A stretch of 64,000 bases of DNA from Rhodothermales bacterium (GTDB taxonomy: Bacteria > Bacteroidota > Rhodothermia > Rhodothermales > VXPQ01): the NCBI GenBank assembly GCA_965248175.1, contig OZ252093.1, positions 596,148 to 660,147 of the forward strand, in the 5' to 3' direction. Within the stretch, counting starts at the first letter, position 1. Each line of letters starts with the position of its first letter. Under the pieces are notes generated by a model. It was not told where the DNA came from and did not search any database. It worked only from the letters and a program-made list of their open reading frames with translations. The position numbers and the translations under genes were made by a program. Positions 58,591 through 64,000 of this stretch are shown here, one piece after another.

Positions 58591-59346
58591 CTACCTGTGC
58601 TCCGGGTTCGCATGATCGAACCGGCACCCTGCATCCCAGGCGGCGCGCTGATTCCCGTGCGCCGAGATGCCGCCGGCGTCCTTGAGCATGCGGGCGAAGT
58701 GCATCAGGTTCCACGTCATGAATGTGGTGTTGCGCTGAGTGAACTCGTTCTCCGGCCCGCCGGACCCCTCGTCAAGGTATGACGGCCCCGGCCCTGCCTC
58801 GCCAATCCATCCCGCATCGGCCTGCGGAGGAATCGTATAGCCCACGTGCTGCAAGGCGTACAGGATGCTCATGGAGCAGTGCTTCACGCCATCCTCATTT
58901 CCCGTAATGAGGCAGCCCCCTGCCTTGCCGTAGTAGGCATACTGGCCCGCATCGTTGAGCAGCGCCGAGCAGGAGTAGAGCCGCTCGATGACCTGCGTAC
59001 ACACGGACGATTTCTCGCCCAGCCAGATGGGCGAGCCGATCACGAGGATGTCGGCTGCGTGCACCTTCTCGTACAACATGGGCCAGTCGTCCCGATCCGC
59101 CCCGCGCTCGGTCATATCGGGATAGACCCCGAATGCAAGATGATAATCAACCGGGCGCAGCGACTCCACTGCGATCCCGTTCTTCTCCATGATGGCGATG
59201 GACACGTCCATCAGCCCCTGCGTGTGGGACCGTTCGGGGGACGGTTTCAGCGTGCAGTTCAGAAAGAATGCGCGAAGGTCCGAAAAGTCCCCGTCGTACG
59301 AGGCGCACAGCGCTTCTTGCGTGGGGGACAACGTTTGATCAGGCAT
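58591..59346 (-). CDS. Flavodoxin-fold NAD(P)H-dependent FMN reductase family protein
   Basis: FFLNCTLKPSPE.SHT...., AD.LVIGSPIWLG..SS, GNEDG... is typical of the FMN_red/flavodoxin_2 family. Confidence 0.75.
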   Translation of the reverse strand: MPDQTLSPTQEALCASYDGDFSDLRAFFLNCTLKPSPERSHTQGLMDVSIAIMEKNGIAVESLRPVDYHLAFGVYPDMTERGADRDDWPMLYEKVHAADILVIGSPIWLGEKSSVCTQVIERLYSCSALLNDAGQYAYYGKAGGCLITGNEDGVKHCSMSILYALQHVGYTIPPQADAGWIGEAGPGPSYLDEGSGGPENEFTQRNTTFMTWNLMHFARMLKDAGGISAHGNQRAAWDAGCRFDHANPEHR

Positions 59347-59567
59347 AGCGTTACGGGAATGGGGAGTGGATCCGTTCCGGTCATCAACCGTTTACCGGAA
59401 CGCCGCGTTCCGGAGGGTCAGAGATATCTGCCTTGCGCCGAATGCATCGAATCGTCCGCGTGCCGGATCGACTGCCGAACAAGGTCCCGCAAACCGCCCG
59501 CAGCGATAGCGGCCCTGTTCAATAACCCGCTCAACAACCCGTTCGATAACACGACTTCCCCTCAACC

Positions 59568-61271
59568 ATGCCCGACCAGCCATCCCATGAAACGAACAGG
59601 TACAGCCGCCTGATCACGCAGCCCCTTACGCGCGGCATTTCACAGGCCATGCTGTACGCCACCGGGCTCACGGAAGAGGATATGAACAAGCCGCAGGTCG
59701 GCATCGTGTCCAACTGGTGGGAGGGCAACCCCTGCAACATGCACCTCGACAAGCTGGCTGCGCAGGTGCGCGAGGCGGTCGTCGCATCCGGTCTGGTAGG
59801 ACTGCGGTTCAACACCATCGGGGTGTCCGACGGCATCAGCATGGGCACCGATGGCATGAGCTTCTCGCTCCAGTCCCGCGATCTCATCGCCGATTCGATC
59901 GAAACCGTGATGCGGGCCCAATGGTACGACGCCATAGTCGCCATTCCGGGCTGCGACAAGAATATGCCCGGCTGCATCATGGCGCTGGGCCGGCTGAACC
60001 GGCCGGGTATCGTGGTCTACGGCGGCACGATCCTTCCCGGGCGCACGTTTCTGCGGGGCGGGGAGCAAAAGCGCGACATCATCTCCGCCGCACAGTCCTA
60101 CGGCGAATACCTTGCCGGCACGATCACCGACGAGGAGCGCAAAACCATCGTCCGGCACTCGTGTCCTGGTGCAGGCGCATGCGGGGGTATGTACACGGCG
60201 AACACGATGGGCTGCGCCATCGAGGCGCTGGGCATGTCGCTCCCCTATTCTTCCTCCACGCCCGCCGTATACGACCAGAAAATGGACGAATGCCGCCGGG
60301 CGGGCGAGGCCGTGGGCGAGTTGCTCCGGCAGAACCTCAAGCCCCGCGACATCATGACGCGGCAGGCTTTCGAGAACGCGATGGTGGTCGTGATGGCGCT
60401 GGGAGGCTCGACGAATGCCGTCCTGCATCTCATTGCGATGGCTCGCGCCTCGGAGATCGACCTGTGCATGGACGATTTTCAGCGGGTAAGCGACCGCGTG
60501 CCGTACCTCGCGGACCTGAAGCCCAGCGGCCAATACGTGATGGCGGACCTGCACGAGATCGGGGGCACGCCCGCTGTCATGAAGTACCTGCTCGAGGAGG
60601 GCTACCTCGACGGCTCCTGCATGACGGTAACGGGCAAAACGCTTGCGGAGAACCTCGAACCCCTGCCGGGTCTCGCCGAGGGACAGGACCTCGTGCATTC
60701 CCTCGAAAAGCCCCTGAAGAAAACCGGGCACCTGACCATTCTCTACGGGAATCTGGCGCCGGAGGGAGCCGTAGCCAAGATAACGGGCAAGGAAGGCACG
60801 TATTTCAAGGGCCCGGCCCGGGTGTTCGACGCCGAGGAGGACATGCTGGAAGGGCTGAAAGCGGGCCGGATCCGGAAGGGCGACATCGTCATCATCAGGT
60901 ATGAAGGGCCAAAGGGCGGCCCCGGCATGCCGGAAATGCTCACGCCCACGTCTGCCATCATAGGCGCCGGTCTCGGCAAGGATGTCGCACTACTGACCGA
61001 CGGGCGCTTCAGCGGAGGATCGCACGGATTCATCATCGGGCATGTGTGCCCGGAAGCCCAGGAAGGCGGCCCCATCGCCCTCGTGCAGGACGGCGACATC
61101 GTGACCATCGACGCCGAGCAGCGCACCATCGACATGGATGTCTGCGAGGACGAGTTGGCCCACAGGAGAGAAAACTGGTCCGCGCCCGCTTTCAAGGCCA
61201 CGCGAGGCACCCTCTACAAATACATCAAGTGCGTACAGCCTGCCAGCCTCGGCTGCGTGACGGACGAGTGA
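59568..61271 (+). CDS. ilvD: Dihydroxy-acid dehydratase
   Basis: [38 protein letters not shown] and [13 protein letters not shown] motifs. Confidence 0.95.
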   Translation: MPDQPSHETNRYSRLITQPLTRGISQAMLYATGLTEEDMNKPQVGIVSNWWEGNPCNMHLDKLAAQVREAVVASGLVGLRFNTIGVSDGISMGTDGMSFSLQSRDLIADSIETVMRAQWYDAIVAIPGCDKNMPGCIMALGRLNRPGIVVYGGTILPGRTFLRGGEQKRDIISAAQSYGEYLAGTITDEERKTIVRHSCPGAGACGGMYTANTMGCAIEALGMSLPYSSSTPAVYDQKMDECRRAGEAVGELLRQNLKPRDIMTRQAFENAMVVVMALGGSTNAVLHLIAMARASEIDLCMDDFQRVSDRVPYLADLKPSGQYVMADLHEIGGTPAVMKYLLEEGYLDGSCMTVTGKTLAENLEPLPGLAEGQDLVHSLEKPLKKTGHLTILYGNLAPEGAVAKITGKEGTYFKGPARVFDAEEDMLEGLKAGRIRKGDIVIIRYEGPKGGPGMPEMLTPTSAIIGAGLGKDVALLTDGRFSGGSHGFIIGHVCPEAQEGGPIALVQDGDIVTIDAEQRTIDMDVCEDELAHRRENWSAPAFKATRGTLYKYIKCVQPASLGCVTDE

Positions 61272-61375
61272 GGAAACAGAGAAATGCAAAGAAATTTCCT
61301 CACAAAGAAGGAACAGAGAGACAAAAAGTGATGTTTTCTTTTTAATGTGCAACGTTGTACACTATTTGTGCATAC

Positions 61376-61388
61376 ATTGTATTACAAT
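61376..61388. promoter_or_regulatory. 13-bp palindrome ATTGTA-T-TACAAT in the AT-rich leader of dinJ-yafQ (candidate operator / -10 region)
   Basis: Read directly, 66 nt upstream of the dinJ ATG. Confidence 0.3.
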
Positions 61389-61453
61389 CGTGCTCCGGAA
61401 CGAGGGCCATATCCGCTCCGAATCGACAAAGTTACAAGCCACGCAGGAACGCA

Positions 61454-61741
61454 ATGCCAGCCACTGCCGCCATTCCCAAAACGACTACCGTATCCGCCCG
61501 AATAGACGAAGCCACCAAAGAAAACGCCATGCGCGTTTTCGAACAACTTGGCTTGACGGCATCTCAAGCTATCATATTGTTCTACAAACAGGTTGAACTG
61601 CGTCAGGGCCTACCCTTTTCGGTCGAGTTGCCCAAAATTCCCAACAAGGAGACCATGGAGGCAATCCGGGAAGCAGAGAACCCGGAGGCCCTCTGTAGTT
61701 TCGAAACACCGGAGGCGCTCTTTGAGGAGTTGGATATTTGA
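61454..61741 (+). CDS. dinJ: DinJ/RelB-family antitoxin
   Basis: TTVSARIDEATKENAMRVFEQLGLTASQAIILFYKQVELRQGLPF is the classic DinJ N-terminal RHH. The stop overlaps the yafQ ATG (TGATG). Confidence 0.85.
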   Translation: MPATAAIPKTTTVSARIDEATKENAMRVFEQLGLTASQAIILFYKQVELRQGLPFSVELPKIPNKETMEAIREAENPEALCSFETPEALFEELDI

Positions 61742-62013
61742 TGAAACCGATCCGGCGGACCAGTCAATTCAAAAAGGACATCCGCCTCGTACAAAAACGA
61801 GGATACGATCTCGATAAGCTGAAAAGGGTGATCGAGAAGCTTGCCCGCGACGAGCCCCTTGAAGAGCAATACGAAGATCACGCACTACGCGGAACGTTCA
61901 AGGGAATGCGAGACTGCCATATAAAACCGAACTGGCTTCTCATATACAAAAACACCTCCGACGAACTGGTGCTTGTTCGGACAGGCACACACTCCGATCT
62001 GTTCAGGAAGTGA
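61741..62013 (+). CDS. yafQ: YafQ-family mRNA interferase toxin
   Basis: T.QFKKD......RG.DL.KL..VI..L.....L...Y.DH.L.G...G.R.CHI.P.WLLIY......L.L.RTG.HSDLF. Confidence 0.9.
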   Translation: MKPIRRTSQFKKDIRLVQKRGYDLDKLKRVIEKLARDEPLEEQYEDHALRGTFKGMRDCHIKPNWLLIYKNTSDELVLVRTGTHSDLFRK

Positions 62014-62040
62014 ATTCCCTACGATGCCCGCTGCTGGTCA

Positions 62041-62919
62041 TCACTCTCCCAGCACCCCCTGGATCCGCATCCAGTCCTCGAGGCGATCGGGCCAGGTAGA
62101 AAGCACCGGATCGGCGGGCGCCAAGCCAACGCCGTGGGGACCGGACAGGTAGATGTGCAATTCGGCGGGTACGCCCGCCTCGCGCAGCGCAAGGTAATAC
62201 GCCGTGCTGTTCTCCACCGGCACCGCGGCATCGTCGCCTGTATGAAACAGAAAAGCCGGCGGCGTATCGGCGGTTACCCGTTTCTCGTTCGAAAGCTGTT
62301 CCGCCAGATCGGGATCGTAATCTTCCCCCAGCAGATGGAAACGGGACCCATTGTGCGTGAAGGGATCCGTCATGGTAATGACCGGATACGCAAGAATTGA
62401 AAAGTCCGGCCGGGCAGCGTGGCGTTCGAGGGGATCCGCCGCATCGGGTACGCCCGGTGCAGCATGCGTGGAGGTCGTCGCCGCAAGGTGCCCGCCCGCC
62501 GAGAAACCCCAGATACCTATGCGCGACGGATCGACACCGAGCCCGTCGGCATGCGCCCGAACGTACCGCATCGCCCGCTGCGCGTCCATGAGCGGCGACG
62601 GATGGCCGTAGCGAGGTCCGAGGCGGTATTTCAGAACAAAGGCCGCAACCCCGCGCTCGTTGAGCCATTCGGCAACCTGCCTGCCTTCATGGCCCATCGC
62701 CAGATGGGCGTACCCGCCGCCGGGGCACACGACCACCGCAGCTCCGTTCGCGGCGGACGCTTCGGGGAGGTAGATTGTGAGCGTCGGGGTGTCTTGCGCT
62801 TCTTCACCCACCGCGCCGGGAGCACCCTCAGGCCACAACTCGATGGTGTCCTGCGCCATACCGGATTGTGCTGCCCATAAGCCGGTCAGCATGACAAAAA
62901 GGAGCATCCGGTCTTTCAT
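62041..62919 (-). CDS. Secreted alpha/beta-hydrolase (esterase/lipase, Abhydrolase_3-like)
   Basis: Signal peptide, oxyanion PGGGY and nucleophile elbow GFSAGGH. Confidence 0.8.
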   Translation of the reverse strand: MKDRMLLFVMLTGLWAAQSGMAQDTIELWPEGAPGAVGEEAQDTPTLTIYLPEASAANGAAVVVCPGGGYAHLAMGHEGRQVAEWLNERGVAAFVLKYRLGPRYGHPSPLMDAQRAMRYVRAHADGLGVDPSRIGIWGFSAGGHLAATTSTHAAPGVPDAADPLERHAARPDFSILAYPVITMTDPFTHNGSRFHLLGEDYDPDLAEQLSNEKRVTADTPPAFLFHTGDDAAVPVENSTAYYLALREAGVPAELHIYLSGPHGVGLAPADPVLSTWPDRLEDWMRIQGVLGE

Positions 62920-63455
62920 GGGGTGACCCCCTGCGGGGCGTGCATGCGTTCACAGGTCACGAAACGAAACCCGTCGCGGCGATCTTCCCCGGTCTTCCTG
63001 AACACGGTTCCGATCAGGTGTTCGTATCGGGGAAAATAGGTATCTCCCTGATGATCCCCTTCCACGATGGTTAGTTCCCACCGATCCGCGCGTTCAAGAA
63101 ATTGTTCGTAGATGGTTGCGCCGCCGCCGATGAAGACGCGCGGCGCCGCCTGCGCAGCAGCCAGCGCGGCCTCGGGGTCGGGGAAGGTCTCGATGTCCGG
63201 ATATCCCTCGATTTTGCCCCCGGAAGTTACGATCAGCAAGCGCCGGTCGGGCAGCGGCCCGCCGAACTCTTTTACAAGCGATTCGAAGGTGCGCCGGCCC
63301 ATGATCATGGGATAACCCGAGGTCAATCGTTTGAACCGCTTCAGGTCTTCGGACAGATGCCAGGGCAACCGATCCCCCTGGCCGATGACCCGGTTCGTCT
63401 CCGCCACGGCAGCAATGAGTACGATTTCCGCTCCGGTGCGGCGCTTATCGGTCAT
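62916..63455 (-). CDS. folA: Dihydrofolate reductase
   Basis: I.LIAAV..N.VIG....LPW.L.EDLK.FK.LT.G..MIMGR.TFES. Confidence 0.9.
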   Translation of the reverse strand: MTDKRRTGAEIVLIAAVAETNRVIGQGDRLPWHLSEDLKRFKRLTSGYPMIMGRRTFESLVKEFGGPLPDRRLLIVTSGGKIEGYPDIETFPDPEAALAAAQAAPRVFIGGGATIYEQFLERADRWELTIVEGDHQGDTYFPRYEHLIGTVFRKTGEDRRDGFRFVTCERMHAPQGVTP

Positions 63456-63511
63456 GGTTGCAGGGCGCTATGGGGTTGCGGTCCGTCGCACACAGGGAAG
63501 CCGGGCCTGAT

Positions 63512-64000
63512 TCATTCGGTCAGGTCGCGGTGCAGTGTGGCAATCCAGCGCTCGGTGGAAATGAAACCGTCGCCCCACGAAGCCCATTCGTCGCCCACGC
63601 CCGCCGCCTGTAACTCCTCAAGGCTTTGGCCCGCTTCGACCCCCGCAGCGACGACGGCCCGGGTTTCCTCGACCATGCGTAGATAGGTCTCGAGGTCGGA
63701 CGGCGCAGCGATAGGGCCATGGCCCGGGATGATGCTGGTTTCAGCGTCGACTTGCGCCAATACCGCGCGGCCCGCCGCAACGATCCCCTCGACGGCGCCG
63801 CCGCTGTCTATATCGACGTAGGGAAAGCGCTGGTTGAAGAAGGTATCGCCCATATGGACGACATTGGAGCCGGTGAAGAAAATGAGCGCGTCCCCGTCGG
63901 TATGGGCATGGGGAACATGCAGCACCTTGACTTCCTCGCCGTTGAAGTGGATGGAGAGGGCATTGTCGAAGGTGATCACCGGCAAGGCTGCGGGCGAAGC
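63512..64000 (-). CDS. MBL-fold metallo-hydrolase (5' end beyond the right edge)
   Basis: ...HVPHAHTDGDALIFF...VHMGD...IPGHGP... are metallo-beta-lactamase-fold motifs. The frame is open to the window end, so the track start at 63985 is internal. Confidence 0.8.
   Translation of the reverse strand, partial: ASPAALPVITFDNALSIHFNGEEVKVLHVPHAHTDGDALIFFTGSNVVHMGDTFFNQRFPYVDIDSGGAVEGIVAAGRAVLAQVDAETSIIPGHGPIAAPSDLETYLRMVEETRAVVAAGVEAGQSLEELQAAGVGDEWASWGDGFISTERWIATLHRDLTE

Noticed and set aside
59640-60904. 363-aa minus and 395-aa plus ORFs within ilvD
   Set aside because: These are frame artefacts of a high-GC gene. The ilvD frame has all the diagnostic motifs.

Overview
High-GC bacterial chromosomal window. 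Gene content suggests a Bacteroidota/Rhodothermota-like organism: short SigA-type sigma factor, GH3-family gene, folP-cdaA pair, CarboxypepD_reg-type TonB-dependent receptor with a DUF4249 lipoprotein, and a PD40/Omp85 fusion. This is inference from remembered motifs and no database search was possible. The backbone is housekeeping: pdxH, proline dehydrogenase, trxB, trxA, purL, rpoD, folP, cdaA, pcm, ftsX, pheA, argS, rodA, mrdA, pyrD, an acyl-CoA ligase, tRNA-Pro(CGG), ilvD and folA. Accessory or unusual content: (1) an edge-truncated P-loop NTPase with wHTH and TPR-like repeats (1-2062, minus), missing from the supplied ORF track because it has no stop in the window, beside Fic/VapC-like gene debris and a DinB-family gene; (2) a roughly 3,270-3,320-aa secreted protein with at least 23 tandem Cys-pair Ig-like repeats; (3) a zeta-toxin-like kinase gene followed by a translationally coupled 68-aa gene; (4) an intact IS1595-family element with perfect 22-bp IRs and an 8-bp TSD inserted three codons before the ftsX stop; (5) downstream of tRNA-Pro, a cusCBA-type Cu/Ag efflux module with a His/Cys-rich small ORF and a trailing small membrane-protein gene; (6) a perfect 66-bp direct repeat of that membrane gene's 3' end 7.3 kb away, at a junction with a low-GC truncated and frameshifted ORF and a decapitated brnT next to an intact brnA; (7) a dinJ-yafQ module. 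I saw no rRNA, CRISPR array or integrase. I did not recognise a complete multi-gene system that is clearly new. The best leads are the 66-bp recombination joint, the giant repeat protein, the reversed-order zeta-like pair and the effector-less NTPase-TPR gene. Many long ORFs in the track are antisense or alternative-frame artefacts of high GC.
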